The notes: generated by a model from the sequence alone, not told the origin. Shown: positions 28,786 to 39,886, counted from the first letter of the stretch. The stretch is DNA of 64,000 nt from an uncultured Candidatus Saccharibacteria bacterium (GCA_964512835.1 CAZELA010000001.1:361372-425371); one strand, 5' to 3'. Numbers and translations: made by a program.

Positions 28786-30870
28786 ATGCTAAAAATCCAC
28801 AGCGAATACAAGCCGTCGGGCGATCAGCCGAAGGCGATCGAGGCGCTCGTCTCGGGCATCAAAAAAGGCGAGAAGCATCAGACGCTGCTCGGTGTAACGG
28901 GATCAGGCAAGACCTACTCGATCGCGAATGTGATCGAGCAGATCGGAAAGCCGACATTGGTCATCGCTCACAATAAAACACTCGCGGCGCAGCTTGCGAG
29001 TGAATACCGAGATTTTTTCCCCGATGCGGCTGTGCACTATTTTGTGTCGTACTACGACTACTACCAGCCGGAAGCGTATGTGCCGGTGTCCGATACGTAC
29101 ATCGAGAAAGAGGCGATGATCAACGAAGACATCGAGCGCCTTCGTCACGCCGCCACACAGGCACTGCTTACACGCAAAGACGTGATCATTGTCGCTTCGG
29201 TCTCGTGTATTTACGGTCTCGGTTCGCCGGTCGAGTACGAAAAGGTGAATTTGAAGCTCGTCAAAGGCGAGCAGATGACCCGCGCAACCCTCACACGTAA
29301 ACTCATCGGCATTTACTTTGATCGTGTCGCCGGGGATTTGTCTCCCGGAACGTTTCGCGCGCTCGGATCCCGTGTTGAGATTATGCCGGCTTCAGAACGT
29401 GTAATCTACCGTCTCGACCTCACCGGGGGTGTAATTGCAAAGATAGAAGAGATTAATGCGGTTACCCGCGAAATCGTCAGTGAGCAACCGGCCGTTTTCA
29501 TGTTCCCTGCGCGTCAGTACGTAACGCCGAAAGACGTGCAGGATGCGGCACTGAAGGATATTCAGATTGAATTGGAAGAGCGTTTGAAAGTTTTGGGGGA
29601 GCAGGGAAAGATTCTTGAGGCCGAGCGGCTCAAGCGTCGCACGCGGCAGGATATCGGCATGATCAAAGAGTTCGGTTTCTGTAACGGAATCGAGAACTAT
29701 TCGCGACACTTTGACCGTCGTGCGCCCGGAGAACCTCCGTATACGCTTATGAGTTATTTTCCTCATGCGGCTGACGGAACTCCCGAATTCCTCACCGTAA
29801 TCGATGAATCGCACGTGACAATCCCGCAAATCGGGGGCATGTATGCCGGCGACCGTGCGCGAAAGGATATGCTGATAGAGCACGGGTTTCGATTACCTTC
29901 GGCGGTAGATAACCGTCCGCTCAATTTCAAAGAATTTGAAGAACGCGTCGGGCAGACCATTTATACATCCGCAACTCCCGGTAAGTACGAAATTGAAAAG
30001 AGCGGAGAACCTGTACAGATGGTCATTCGCCCGACTGGTCTCATCGATCCGGAGATCATCGTGAGACCGGTTGTGAGCGGCGGGTCGGACACCCTCACCG
30101 GAGCGGAATATCCCGGTCAGGTGCGTGATTTCATTCGTGAAGCAGAAGCGGTCACCGCGAAGGGTGCTCGCTCAATGGTAACGGTCCTGACGAAAAAAAT
30201 GGCCGAGGACCTCACGAACTTTCTGACGGAAAAACAGATCCGCGCGAAATATGTTCATAGTGACGTAAAAACCATCGACCGAATCGAGATTTTGACGGAC
30301 TTCCGTAAAGGCGAGTTTGACGTGTTGGTCGGGGTGAACCTGTTGCGAGAAGGACTCGATCTGCCGGAAGTCGAGCTCGTCGGTATTCTTGACGCCGACA
30401 AAGAAGGGTTCCTCCGTAGCGAGACATCTCTTATCCAGACCATCGGACGCGCCGCGAGAAACGTCAACGGCAGGGTTCTTTTGTACGCCGACCAGCATAC
30501 GGGGTCTATGGATCGCGCGATCGGCGAGACGAATCGTCGCCGCACTATTCAGATGGCCTATAATGCAAAGCACGGCATCACGCCGGAGACTGTAAAGAAG
30601 AAGATCGCGGACATCATCGGAGACATTCAGCGTGCACGTGGCCGTGCGGTCGATAATCTCGTGGAGGCCGACCTGAGTGCGTACGGAGGCGACGTGAAGA
30701 AACTGATAGCCGAAAAGAGACGACAAATGCACGATGCGGCGGACGGTCTCGACTTCGAGACGGCGGCGCTGCTCCGCGACGAGATCCAAAAGCTCGAAGC
30801 TGAAGTTCGCGAGGAAAAGAAAGATAAAAAGGACAAAACAAGTACGACTGCAAAGAAGAAGACCTCATAA
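28786..30870 (+). CDS. uvrB: excinuclease ABC subunit B
   Basis: N-terminus HSEYKPSGDQPKAI, Walker A GVTGSGKT, beta-hairpin, helicase motifs, C-terminal UVR coiled-coil. Confidence 0.95.
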   Translation: MLKIHSEYKPSGDQPKAIEALVSGIKKGEKHQTLLGVTGSGKTYSIANVIEQIGKPTLVIAHNKTLAAQLASEYRDFFPDAAVHYFVSYYDYYQPEAYVPVSDTYIEKEAMINEDIERLRHAATQALLTRKDVIIVASVSCIYGLGSPVEYEKVNLKLVKGEQMTRATLTRKLIGIYFDRVAGDLSPGTFRALGSRVEIMPASERVIYRLDLTGGVIAKIEEINAVTREIVSEQPAVFMFPARQYVTPKDVQDAALKDIQIELEERLKVLGEQGKILEAERLKRRTRQDIGMIKEFGFCNGIENYSRHFDRRAPGEPPYTLMSYFPHAADGTPEFLTVIDESHVTIPQIGGMYAGDRARKDMLIEHGFRLPSAVDNRPLNFKEFEERVGQTIYTSATPGKYEIEKSGEPVQMVIRPTGLIDPEIIVRPVVSGGSDTLTGAEYPGQVRDFIREAEAVTAKGARSMVTVLTKKMAEDLTNFLTEKQIRAKYVHSDVKTIDRIEILTDFRKGEFDVLVGVNLLREGLDLPEVELVGILDADKEGFLRSETSLIQTIGRAARNVNGRVLLYADQHTGSMDRAIGETNRRRTIQMAYNAKHGITPETVKKKIADIIGDIQRARGRAVDNLVEADLSAYGGDVKKLIAEKRRQMHDAADGLDFETAALLRDEIQKLEAEVREEKKDKKDKTSTTAKKKTS

Positions 30871-30872
30871 CC

Positions 30873-31796
30873 ATGCCTGATCACATCAAAAAAAACGTTC
30901 CGCTCGCGCCGCTCACCACATTCGAGATCGGCGGCGAGGCAAAGCGGCTTGTCGACGTGCGAAACGACGGGGAGCTGATGGATGCGCTGCGTTGGGCAGA
31001 TGCCAATAGCGTGTCTGTCGTCCTTATAGCGGGCGGCAGCAATGTGCTCATACCTGACACGGGTATCGACGCGCTCGTGATCCGTATGAACGGCACAGAG
31101 CGGAAATTCGAGGGAACATCAGTGACCGCCCACGCCGGCTGCAGCCTGCTTGATCTGATCAACGAGGCGTCATCGCTCGGACTCGGCGGCTGGGAGAAGC
31201 TTGCGGGCATACCGGGTTCGATCGGAGGTGCCGTACGGGGTAACGCAGGTGCATTCGGTCCCGAGATCAAAGATTTTGTTCGCGAGGTTCACACGATCAA
31301 CAAAGAAACGCGCGAGCAGCGCCTGTTCGGCAAGGAACACTGCGAATTCGGCTACCGAAGCAGTTATTTTAAACATCATCCCGAGTGGATCATTACACAT
31401 GTGACACTTGATCTGCAGGAGGCGGACATAGAGCTGTCGCAGAAATTGATCGCCGACACCATCGCCGAGCGGGAAAAGCGACATTTACAGAATGTGAATG
31501 CGGCAGGGTCATTCTTTATGAACCCGGTTGCGCCGCCAGAGATCGTAGCGCTGTTCGAGCACGAAAAAGGGGTTAAGGCGCGCGAAAATCGCGTACCTGC
31601 GGGGTGGTTGATCGAAAAGGCGGGTATGAAAGGGCATGTCGTGGGAGGCGCTATAGCGAGTCTTCAGCACCCCAACTACATAGTCAATCAGGGCAATGCA
31701 ACGTCTCAGGACGTGCGGAATTTGGCAGCTGCGATCAAACAGGAGGTATTCAACCGGTTCGGTATAGAGCTCCAAGAGGAGGCTGCATTGCTGTAA
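30873..31796 (+). CDS. murB: UDP-N-acetylmuramate dehydrogenase
   Basis: FAD-binding PCMH domain (TTFEIGGEA..., IAGGSNVL) and MurB C-terminal domain. Confidence 0.85.
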   Translation: MPDHIKKNVPLAPLTTFEIGGEAKRLVDVRNDGELMDALRWADANSVSVVLIAGGSNVLIPDTGIDALVIRMNGTERKFEGTSVTAHAGCSLLDLINEASSLGLGGWEKLAGIPGSIGGAVRGNAGAFGPEIKDFVREVHTINKETREQRLFGKEHCEFGYRSSYFKHHPEWIITHVTLDLQEADIELSQKLIADTIAEREKRHLQNVNAAGSFFMNPVAPPEIVALFEHEKGVKARENRVPAGWLIEKAGMKGHVVGGAIASLQHPNYIVNQGNATSQDVRNLAAAIKQEVFNRFGIELQEEAALL

Positions 31797-31812
31797 TCGT
31801 ACGGCACGGCGG

Positions 31813-31845
31813 AAAAGCAAAAAAGGCGCGTTGGACGCGCCTATA
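31813..31845 (-). terminator. rho-independent terminator for the minus-strand gene 31862..32245
   Basis: ggcgcg-ttgga-cgcgcc hairpin. On the minus strand it is followed by uuuuuugcuuuu. Confidence 0.6.
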
Positions 31846-31861
31846 TTCGTATGTGCAATCC

Positions 31862-32245
31862 TTACGAGGTAAGCGGGACCTGCACGCATTGGTACAAACG
31901 GATCTTGTTCCAGCCGCGTGCTCTTGCCGCTTCGCGTGCTGCCGAGGCGCTTTCGGCCGCAAAGATCGTGTCCCGACCATGCATGCCGTCGGTACCGGTC
32001 TGCATGAACAGACCACGGTTCACACGTCCCCGAACGACAGTGAGCGGCATCGAATCCTTGTCGTCGAGTTCATCGATAAGACATTCGATGCGATACAGCG
32101 CGGTGCTTGTCCTTCGCGGATCGAGTTTGTCACAGTTTTCAACCTCGAGCCGAGCCTCCGCATCGTTGGAGGCGTGCGGTAAGAACAGGATACCGACCTC
32201 TCCGAGCCCCTGTACTGCGACGGCATACATATACGGCCACGTCAT
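31862..32245 (-). CDS. hypothetical protein (weak GIY-YIG-like N-terminal pattern)
   Basis: Convergent with murB and has its own terminator. N-terminus WPYMYAVAVQGLGEVGILF...ARLEVEN loosely fits the GIY-(10)-YIG...R...E...N spacing. Inference only. Confidence 0.35.
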   Translation of the reverse strand: MTWPYMYAVAVQGLGEVGILFLPHASNDAEARLEVENCDKLDPRRTSTALYRIECLIDELDDKDSMPLTVVRGRVNRGLFMQTGTDGMHGRDTIFAAESASAAREAARARGWNKIRLYQCVQVPLTS

Positions 32246-32366
32246 CGTCCACTCCCGTTATCTGTTTCCTGCTTGAAAGTACAGACAGTCACCGGAGATG
32301 TCAAAAAGCGCTCTGTGGTATAGTTGCCCCTACAAACCCCATGCGTCATGCGCGGGGAAGATTCAT

Positions 32367-35030
32367 ATGGCAAAAGAGGACAAAGGACAACCTGACAAGG
32401 ACAAGATCGTTATCAAGGGTGCGCGCACGCATAATCTGAAGAATGTGAGTGTGGAGATGCCGCGTAATAAGATGGTCGTATTCACCGGCCTCTCCGGATC
32501 CGGCAAGTCATCGCTCGCATTCGATACGATTTTCGCGGAGGGCCAGCGTAAATATGTTGAATCGCTCTCCGCGTATGCACGTCAGTTTTTGCGACAAATG
32601 CAGAAGCCCGATGTCGACGAGATATCAGGGCTTTCCCCTGCAATTTCCATCGACCAAAAGTCGCGTTCGAACAATCCGCGCTCGACGGTTGCCACGATTA
32701 CCGAGATCTATGACTACTTGCGTGTTATGTATGCACGCGTCGGCCATCCGCACTGCCCGATCTGCGGACGAGAAGTCCGTAAACTCTCGAGTGAAGAGAT
32801 CCTCGAGACAATTCTCGAGATCGTAGAGGCATCCCCACGAGCCGCAAAAAAGGACGCAAAGCTGACAAAAGGGGTTTCTGACGCGAAAGTCCGCATTACG
32901 GCTCCGGTAGTCGTCGGCAGAAAAGGCGAGTACTACCAGTTGCTGTACGACCTATTGAACAAGGGGTTTGAAAAGGTGATTGTGGACGGCAAGGAGCTCT
33001 CTTTGCGCGAGCGCATCGTGCTCTCGAAGAACGATCGTCACGACATTGATGTCGTCATAGACGAGCTGTTCGTCTCTGAATTCAAGGATGATCCGAAAGG
33101 CACGCATGAGCGTGCCTCCGAAGCGATCGAACGTGCACTCCATGAGTCTGACGGGCTCGTGCGTATCCTTGATGCGAACGGCGAGAGTCGGATTGTCTCG
33201 GCAAAGTTCATGTGTCCGTACGACGGATTCTCGTTCCCGGAAGTTGAACCGCGATTGTTCTCCTTTAATTCGCCCTATGGTGCGTGTCCGGAGTGTAAGG
33301 GACTCGGTACAAAATACCTGTTCTCGGACGAGAACTGTGAGGTCTGTAACGGCGCACGTTTGCGTCCGGAAGCGTTAAATGTGTTCCTGGGTCCCGTAAA
33401 AGCACCTGCCGATCACAACGGTCCGGCGACCGGCATGAACATCGTGCAGCTCGCCTCGTTGTCCATCGAAGACGCCCAGAAGTTCTTCGATGTACTGAAG
33501 CTGACTGCCAAGGAACGCGAAATTTCGAAGGTGGTGATCAAGGAAATCACGAGCCGCCTGCAGTTCATGTTAAACGTTGGAATCGAATATCTGACGCTCG
33601 ACCGCAAGGCAAATACGCTTTCCGGCGGCGAAGCGCAACGTATCCGCCTTGCGTCCCAACTCGGATCAGGACTCGTAGGTGCACTCTATGTTCTCGATGA
33701 ACCGACCATCGGTCTTCATCAGCGCGATAACGAAAAGCTGATCGAAACATTGAAACATCTGCGAGACCTCGGCAATACGGTGCTTGTTGTTGAACATGAC
33801 GAAGATACGATTTATGCGTCTGATTACATTATCGACATCGGTCCCGGAGCCGGAACGCACGGGGGTAACATCGTTGTTTCCGGCTGGTTGGACGAGCTTT
33901 TGACGGCAAAAAAGAATACGTCGGGATCCAGCACGCTCGCGTACCTTCGAGAGGAAAAAATGGTTGAAGTGCCCGAGCGACGCCGAACATCGGACAAGGG
34001 AAAGATCAAAATTCGAGGCGCCTCCAAATTCAGTCTAAAAAATGTGAATGTCGATATTCCGCTGGGTAAGCTTGTCTGTATCACCGGCGTTTCCGGCTCC
34101 GGCAAGTCGACGTTTCTTTACGAGATTGTGCACCGCAATCTTCAGGCGCGATTCGATAAGCGCTTCCGCACGGCGAAGCTCTACAATGTCAAAGAGTTCA
34201 CCGGCACCGAGTATCTGGGGCGGTCTATACTCATCGACCAGTCCGCAATCGGCCGCACGCCGCGATCAAACCCTGCAACGTACACCGGCGCGTGGACGCA
34301 CATCCGCGACATGTTCGCTATGAGCGAGGAAGCCCGCGCCCGCGGCTGGGGACCGGGACGATTTTCGTTCAATGTAAAAGGCGGGCGCTGTGAAGCGTGT
34401 CAGGGCAACGGTCTTGTCGCGGTGGAAATGCATTTCTTGCCGACCGTCTACGTAACGTGTGATGTCTGTATGGGCAAGCGCTTTATGAAGGAGACGCTGG
34501 AGGTGAAATACAAGAAGAAGAGTATTCACGACGTGCTTTCGATGACGGTTGAAGAGGCTAAAGAATTCTTCGACGATATTCCTGCTATCGCGGACAGATT
34601 GCAGTCATTGCTTGATGTCGGATTGAGCTACCTTGAGCTTGGGCAGAGCGCAACAACGCTTTCGGGCGGAGAAGCCCAGCGCGTCAAGATTGCATCAGAA
34701 CTGTATCGACCTCACATTACTAAAAGCATTTATCTCCTCGACGAACCGACGGTCGGTCTGCACTATGACGATGTCGCAAAGCTTATCGACATCCTTCAGA
34801 AACTCGTAGATCGGGGAAACACGGTGGTCGTAATCGAACACAATCTCGACGTGCTTAAGTCGGCCGATTACATCATCGATATGGGGCCGGAAGGGGGCGA
34901 GGGAGGCGGTAAACTCGTTGCTCACGGTACACCCGAAGAAGTCTCGCGCACGGAAGGTTCTCATACCGGATACTACCTGAAAAAGCTGCTTAAAAAGCAC
35001 AAAAAAGTTCAGGAGGATGACGAGGAATAG
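32367..35030 (+). CDS. uvrA: excinuclease ABC subunit A
   Basis: Two ABC modules (GLSGSGKSS..., GVSGSGKST...), LSGGE signatures and Zn-finger Cys clusters. TGgTATAGT -10 at 32316-32324 lies inside the track's N-terminal extension, supporting a start at ATG 32367 with an SD-like GGGGAAG. Confidence 0.95.
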   Translation: MAKEDKGQPDKDKIVIKGARTHNLKNVSVEMPRNKMVVFTGLSGSGKSSLAFDTIFAEGQRKYVESLSAYARQFLRQMQKPDVDEISGLSPAISIDQKSRSNNPRSTVATITEIYDYLRVMYARVGHPHCPICGREVRKLSSEEILETILEIVEASPRAAKKDAKLTKGVSDAKVRITAPVVVGRKGEYYQLLYDLLNKGFEKVIVDGKELSLRERIVLSKNDRHDIDVVIDELFVSEFKDDPKGTHERASEAIERALHESDGLVRILDANGESRIVSAKFMCPYDGFSFPEVEPRLFSFNSPYGACPECKGLGTKYLFSDENCEVCNGARLRPEALNVFLGPVKAPADHNGPATGMNIVQLASLSIEDAQKFFDVLKLTAKEREISKVVIKEITSRLQFMLNVGIEYLTLDRKANTLSGGEAQRIRLASQLGSGLVGALYVLDEPTIGLHQRDNEKLIETLKHLRDLGNTVLVVEHDEDTIYASDYIIDIGPGAGTHGGNIVVSGWLDELLTAKKNTSGSSTLAYLREEKMVEVPERRRTSDKGKIKIRGASKFSLKNVNVDIPLGKLVCITGVSGSGKSTFLYEIVHRNLQARFDKRFRTAKLYNVKEFTGTEYLGRSILIDQSAIGRTPRSNPATYTGAWTHIRDMFAMSEEARARGWGPGRFSFNVKGGRCEACQGNGLVAVEMHFLPTVYVTCDVCMGKRFMKETLEVKYKKKSIHDVLSMTVEEAKEFFDDIPAIADRLQSLLDVGLSYLELGQSATTLSGGEAQRVKIASELYRPHITKSIYLLDEPTVGLHYDDVAKLIDILQKLVDRGNTVVVIEHNLDVLKSADYIIDMGPEGGEGGGKLVAHGTPEEVSRTEGSHTGYYLKKLLKKHKKVQEDDEE

Positions 35031-35034
35031 CAGG

Positions 35035-35066
35035 AAAAAAGGCCGCTTACGTCGGCGGCCTTTTTC
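35035..35066. terminator. bidirectional rho-independent terminator
   Basis: A6-ggccgc-(loop)-gcggcc-T5, between uvrA(+) and the minus-strand ORF 35078..35407 / carB. Confidence 0.6.
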
Positions 35067-35077
35067 GCTCGGAAAGA

Positions 35078-35407
35078 TCAATGGCCGCGCAGGCGGTGTA
35101 CTTGTCCCGTGAAAGTGGCGCCCACACCGCATTTCCAATCGTGACCTCGCTTGGTAAGCCGATATTCGCGATCGAGCGGCTGCGCGCAACAGGCGAGTGC
35201 TTTAGAGCGCGCACCGGGTAGTACAGCCTCCGCGTATCCGTATGCGCAGAGCTCGGTGAGTCCCGAAATTACGTCGCTTTTTACTGCAGTCTCGCAGCGT
35301 CGCAGCTCAGTAGCGACAACGCTGATCAGTTCATGACCGCGTATGAATCGTGTTTGCTCAAGTCGTACCGCGATTACGCGTGCAGACGCTCCAAGTTTAT
35401 CCGGCAT
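35078..35407 (-). CDS. hypothetical small protein (uncertain)
   Basis: Only sizeable ORF in the 400 nt gap between carB and uvrA, and it has a terminator. No homology recognised. Confidence 0.25.
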   Translation of the reverse strand: MPDKLGASARVIAVRLEQTRFIRGHELISVVATELRRCETAVKSDVISGLTELCAYGYAEAVLPGARSKALACCAQPLDREYRLTKRGHDWKCGVGATFTGQVHRLRGH

Positions 35408-35427
35408 CGGTCCTATCCCCGTTTACA

Positions 35428-38400
35428 CTACTGAGAACTGTACTCCTTCCAGTGCTTTACGGTCAATTTCTTACCGTGAATTTCAAAAAGTGCGGTGACG
35501 AACGCTTCGGCTAACTGGCGGTTCGTAATAAGAGGGATGTTCATATCGACTGCATGGCGTCGAATGATAAATCCGTCTTTCGGTTCGCGCGCGAGCGCAC
35601 GTGCCGGGATATTGATGATGAGATCAAGTGAATCCCAGAAGTCATCAACGTTCGGGTGTTTCTTGCTGTGCAATTTGAAAACGCGTTTACATTTGACGCC
35701 GTTTTCTTTCAGAAAGTCCGCGGTGTGCTCGGTGGCTATGAGATGGTAGCCCAGTTCGGAGAGTGTCCGAATCGAAGGCAGAAGTTTTACTTTGTTCTCC
35801 TCTTTGCCGAGACTCAACAGAATATTCTTTTTTGGCAGGCGGAATCCTGCGGCCATCATTGATTTGATGAGTGCTTCGTAATATGAGTCGCCGAAGCACG
35901 CGACTTCGCCTGTCGAGGCCATTTCTACGTAATGGATGGGATCCGCTCCTTTGATTCGGTTATACGAGAATTGCGGCGATTTCACCGCGACGGTGTCGAG
36001 CTCAACGGTTCGATAGTCGCCTGCAACGTCCTGTCCGAGCATGGCGCGTATCGCGATATCGATGAAATTGTAGCCTGTTACCTTGGACACGAAGGGAAAA
36101 CTGCGGGAGGCACGAACATTGCACTCGATAACCATCAGGTGATTGTCTTTTGCGAGAAACTGCATATTGAACGGGCCCGTAATATTGAGTGAACGGACAA
36201 TATCTTTCGTGATGTGTTTTGCGCGGCGAATGGTCTCGAGATAGGTGCGTTGCGGCGGTAGTACCACGGTGGCGTCACCTGAGTGTGTGCCGGCATTCTC
36301 CACATGCTCGGTAATCGCGTAGACCACAAGTTCGCCATTCTTAGCGACACCGTCGATTTCGATTTCGCGAGCGTTTTCAATGAACTTGGAAATCACGACC
36401 GGGTGGTCGGAGGACACGTCAACGGCCCGTTTCAGAAAGCGCGTCAGTGAGGGCTCGTCGTATGCGACGCTCATGGCGGCTCCCGAAAGTACGTACGACG
36501 GGCGCACCAATACCGGGTAGCCGAGCTTCCCGGCGGCTTTCTTCGCCGCTCCAAGTGTCGTGAGCTCAGTCCAACCGGGCTGATGTATTTCGAGTGTATC
36601 GAGGAGTTTCGAGAATACGTGGCGATCCTCGGCTTTATTAATGTCGACGGGACTTGTGCCGAATATAGGAACGGAGTGTGTGTGCAGCTTGAGCGCAAGA
36701 TTATTCGGTATCTGTCCGCCTGTCGAGATTACGACGCCGTCCGGATTCTCGAACTCAACGATGTCGAGAACGCGTTCAAGCGAAAGTTCGTCGAAATAGA
36801 GCCGGTCAGACATGTCGTAGTCTGTGGAAACGGTTTCCGGATTGGAATTGATCATGATCGTGCCGAACCCTGCCGCCTTGAGCGAGCGCAGTGCCTGTAC
36901 GCACGACCAGTCGAATTCAACAGACGAGCCGATGCAATACGGGCCGCCGCCGAGGACCGCAGCCTGGCGGCTGCCGCGGGTGATGTCGTGCTCGGTACCG
37001 TGGTACGTCAGATACAGGTAGTTGGTCTGGGCGGGGAACTCGCCGGCAAGTGTGTCGATCTGCTTTATGACAGGAGTAATCCCCATTTTTTTGCGAAGGG
37101 TACGGATCTCATCTTCCGTTTTCTTTGAAAGAGCGGCTATTCGGGAATCGGAAAAACCGTTTTTCTTTGCGAGCCGCATATCGGTCGCATCAAGCTTCGA
37201 CTTACGCAACTTTTTCTCAACATCGATGACGTGACGCAGTTTCTCGAGAAACCACATGTCTATGCCCGAAAGTGAGTGCAGCTTTGCGGTAGCGACACCG
37301 GAGCGAAGTGCCTCTGAGAGTGCAAACACCCGACGCGTTGTCGGAAACTTGATTTCATCGAGGATCGCGCTTTTGTTCTTGAACGTAATGCTCTGAGGGG
37401 TTGCGAGTCCGTCGGCACCGATATTCAACATGCGAAGCGCTTTTTGCAACACTTCCTCGAATGACCGGCCGATCGCCATGACTTCTCCGACACTTTTCAT
37501 CTCGGTGCCGATGCGTGGCGCCGCATTTTCGAATTTTGCGAGGTCCCAGCGCGGGATCTTGAGTACCACGTAGTCCAGCGCCGGCTCAAAGCAGGCGATC
37601 GTTTTCTTTGTGACCGAATTCTTAAGCTCGGTAAGGGCATAGCCGAGCGCGAGTTTTGCTGCAACGAACGCAAGCGGGTAGCCGGTCGCTTTGGATGCGA
37701 GCGCCGAGGAGCGTGACAGACGGGCGTTGACCTCGATCACACGGTACTCACCGCGGACGGGATCGAGGGCGTATTGGATATTGCATTCACCGACGATACC
37801 TAAATGGCGGATGGTCTTCAGTGCTACTTCGCGCAGCATGTGGTATTCGCGGTTTGTAAGTGTCTGTGACGGCGCTATAACGATCGATTCGCCGGTGTGC
37901 ACGCCCATAGGGTCGAAGTTCTCCATGTTGCACACGGTGATGCAGTTGTTGGCGGCGTCCCGAACAACCTCGTATTCGACCTCTTTCCATCCGCCGAGAT
38001 ATTCCTCAACGAGGACCTGCGGGACACTTTTGAATACTTCCTTGAGTTTTGCGATCAGTTCGCGTTCGGTACGAACGACTCCTGATCCCTCGCCGCCAAG
38101 CGCAAAGCCCGAGCGCACCATTACAGGGTACCCGATTTTTTTTGCGGCTTTCTGGGCCTCTGCGATGTTTTTTGTCGCGATCGAACGAGCGGTCCGTACG
38201 TCGATTTCGCTGAGTCGTCGCACGAACAAGTCGCGGTCTTCGGTGTCGCGGATTGCGGAGACCGGTGTGCCGAGCACGCGAACGCCGTACTTCGCTAGTA
38301 CACCGCTCTCCTCGAGTGAGAGTCCGAGGTTGAGTGCCGTTTGCCCTCCGAAAGAAAGTGATATCGCATCCGGTCGCTCTTTCTCAATGACGTCGGTCGC

Positions 38401-38631
38401 GTGGGGAAGCGTAAGCGGGAGAAAGTACACCTTGTCCGCAAGTGCATCGTCTGTCTGCACGGTCGCAATATTCGGATTCATCAGCACGACCGAGATGCCT
38501 TCTTCTTTGAAGGCTTTGATGGCCTGAGATCCCGAGTAGTCAAATTCGCCGGCCTGTCCGATCTTTAAACCGCCGGAGCCTAACAAAAGGATCTTTTTTG
38601 GCATACGTTGTTCGGTCGGTTTAGGCGTCAT
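35428..38631 (-). CDS. carB: carbamoyl-phosphate synthase large subunit
   Basis: 1067 aa. Duplicated ATP-grasp halves, MGS-like C-terminal domain, N-terminus MPKKILLLGSGGLKIGQAGEFDYSGSQA. Confidence 0.95.
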   Translation of the reverse strand: MTPKPTEQRMPKKILLLGSGGLKIGQAGEFDYSGSQAIKAFKEEGISVVLMNPNIATVQTDDALADKVYFLPLTLPHATDVIEKERPDAISLSFGGQTALNLGLSLEESGVLAKYGVRVLGTPVSAIRDTEDRDLFVRRLSEIDVRTARSIATKNIAEAQKAAKKIGYPVMVRSGFALGGEGSGVVRTERELIAKLKEVFKSVPQVLVEEYLGGWKEVEYEVVRDAANNCITVCNMENFDPMGVHTGESIVIAPSQTLTNREYHMLREVALKTIRHLGIVGECNIQYALDPVRGEYRVIEVNARLSRSSALASKATGYPLAFVAAKLALGYALTELKNSVTKKTIACFEPALDYVVLKIPRWDLAKFENAAPRIGTEMKSVGEVMAIGRSFEEVLQKALRMLNIGADGLATPQSITFKNKSAILDEIKFPTTRRVFALSEALRSGVATAKLHSLSGIDMWFLEKLRHVIDVEKKLRKSKLDATDMRLAKKNGFSDSRIAALSKKTEDEIRTLRKKMGITPVIKQIDTLAGEFPAQTNYLYLTYHGTEHDITRGSRQAAVLGGGPYCIGSSVEFDWSCVQALRSLKAAGFGTIMINSNPETVSTDYDMSDRLYFDELSLERVLDIVEFENPDGVVISTGGQIPNNLALKLHTHSVPIFGTSPVDINKAEDRHVFSKLLDTLEIHQPGWTELTTLGAAKKAAGKLGYPVLVRPSYVLSGAAMSVAYDEPSLTRFLKRAVDVSSDHPVVISKFIENAREIEIDGVAKNGELVVYAITEHVENAGTHSGDATVVLPPQRTYLETIRRAKHITKDIVRSLNITGPFNMQFLAKDNHLMVIECNVRASRSFPFVSKVTGYNFIDIAIRAMLGQDVAGDYRTVELDTVAVKSPQFSYNRIKGADPIHYVEMASTGEVACFGDSYYEALIKSMMAAGFRLPKKNILLSLGKEENKVKLLPSIRTLSELGYHLIATEHTADFLKENGVKCKRVFKLHSKKHPNVDDFWDSLDLIINIPARALAREPKDGFIIRRHAVDMNIPLITNRQLAEAFVTALFEIHGKKLTVKHWKEYSSQ

Positions 38632-39682
38632 GATGTGTTTTGAGGCGGCGAAGGCCGCTGATTTCTTCTATGAACTTGTCGAATATCCATGCGGTGTCCG
38701 TCGGGCCCGGTGCGGCTTCCGGATGGAACTGAACTGAGCGCCACGGCCGGTCTTTGTGACGGATGCCCTCGACGCTGTCGTCGTTCGCGTTTCGGAACCA
38801 TACGTTCCAGCTTTGCGGCAGGCTTTCGGCGTCGACCGCGAAACCGTGATTTTGGGAAGTGATATAGCACCGCCCGGTCGCGGTATCGATACAAGACTGA
38901 TTTTGGCCGCGATGGCCGTACTTCAGTTTATAAGTCCGTCCGCCGGCCGCGAGCGCAAGCAGCTGATTCCCGAGGCATATGCCGAGGATCGGCTTCGCAT
39001 CTTTCATTGCCTGTTTGATATGAGCGATCGTCGGCACGCACTGTTCCGGATCGCCCGGACCGTTGGAGATGAATAGGGCGTCATACTGGTCCTTTGTAAA
39101 ATCGTAGTCCCACGGCACGCGCGTGAGTGTTATCGAATCGCGCGTGAGGGAACGCACGATGTTTTCTTTCATACCGCAGTCCACAGCGATGATACGAAGC
39201 GGACCGGATCCGTAGGTGCGTAGCTCCTTCGGCGAGACCTTTGCCACGAGGTTGGAGCGGTTCGGATCGATGAACTCAGACGGCTTCTCGTGAGCGATCG
39301 CGCCGAGCATAACTCCGCGTTCACGAAGTTTTTTCGTTATGGCACGTGTGTCGAGGCCGGTAATCGCGGGAATGTTGTTTTTCTTGAGCCATGCAGAGAG
39401 TGACTGTACGGCCTCGCTATGAGAATAGGAGGTTGAGTATTCGGTAACGACGAGGCCCGCGATCTGGATTTTTTCTGACTCAAACGCCGACGGCTCGGGC
39501 ACTCCGTAATTGCCGATGAGCGGGTATGTGCAGACGACTATCTGTCCGGCGAACGACGGATCCGTGAGGCTTTCAACGTATCCGGTCATGCCGGTGGTGA
39601 ACACAACCTCGCCGGTCATCGTTGTGTCGGCTCCGAAACTTTCGCCCTCGTACACGGAATTGTCTTCGAGAAAGAGTCTCAT
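38621..39682 (-). CDS. carA: carbamoyl-phosphate synthase small subunit (glutamine amidotransferase)
   Basis: CPSase small-chain N-domain plus class I GATase triad (GICLGNQ, H...E). Overlaps carB by 11 nt. Confidence 0.9.
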   Translation of the reverse strand: MRLFLEDNSVYEGESFGADTTMTGEVVFTTGMTGYVESLTDPSFAGQIVVCTYPLIGNYGVPEPSAFESEKIQIAGLVVTEYSTSYSHSEAVQSLSAWLKKNNIPAITGLDTRAITKKLRERGVMLGAIAHEKPSEFIDPNRSNLVAKVSPKELRTYGSGPLRIIAVDCGMKENIVRSLTRDSITLTRVPWDYDFTKDQYDALFISNGPGDPEQCVPTIAHIKQAMKDAKPILGICLGNQLLALAAGGRTYKLKYGHRGQNQSCIDTATGRCYITSQNHGFAVDAESLPQSWNVWFRNANDDSVEGIRHKDRPWRSVQFHPEAAPGPTDTAWIFDKFIEEISGLRRLKTHHDA

Positions 39683-39886
39683 ATGCAGGGTGTAGGTTTC
39701 GGACTAAGAAAAATCCCGCTTGCGGCGGGACGGGAATAATCGGACAAAAAAAATACACCCGGGTGGGTGAGCTTGATATCAAGAACCTGCATCTGAGTCA
39801 TTAAAAACGCAGTATAGACCTGATCCTGCATCCGATAATCACTGCCCATTGTGGAAAACCCCTCCACTTTCATATAGGCTGAGCCA

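Noticed and set aside
32246-32330. Possible LexA/SOS box (CTGT…ACAG) upstream of uvrA
   Set aside because: Spacing between CTGT and ACAG is 15 nt rather than 8. No match to Gram-positive, cyanobacterial or actinobacterial LexA-box consensus. Likely coincidental.
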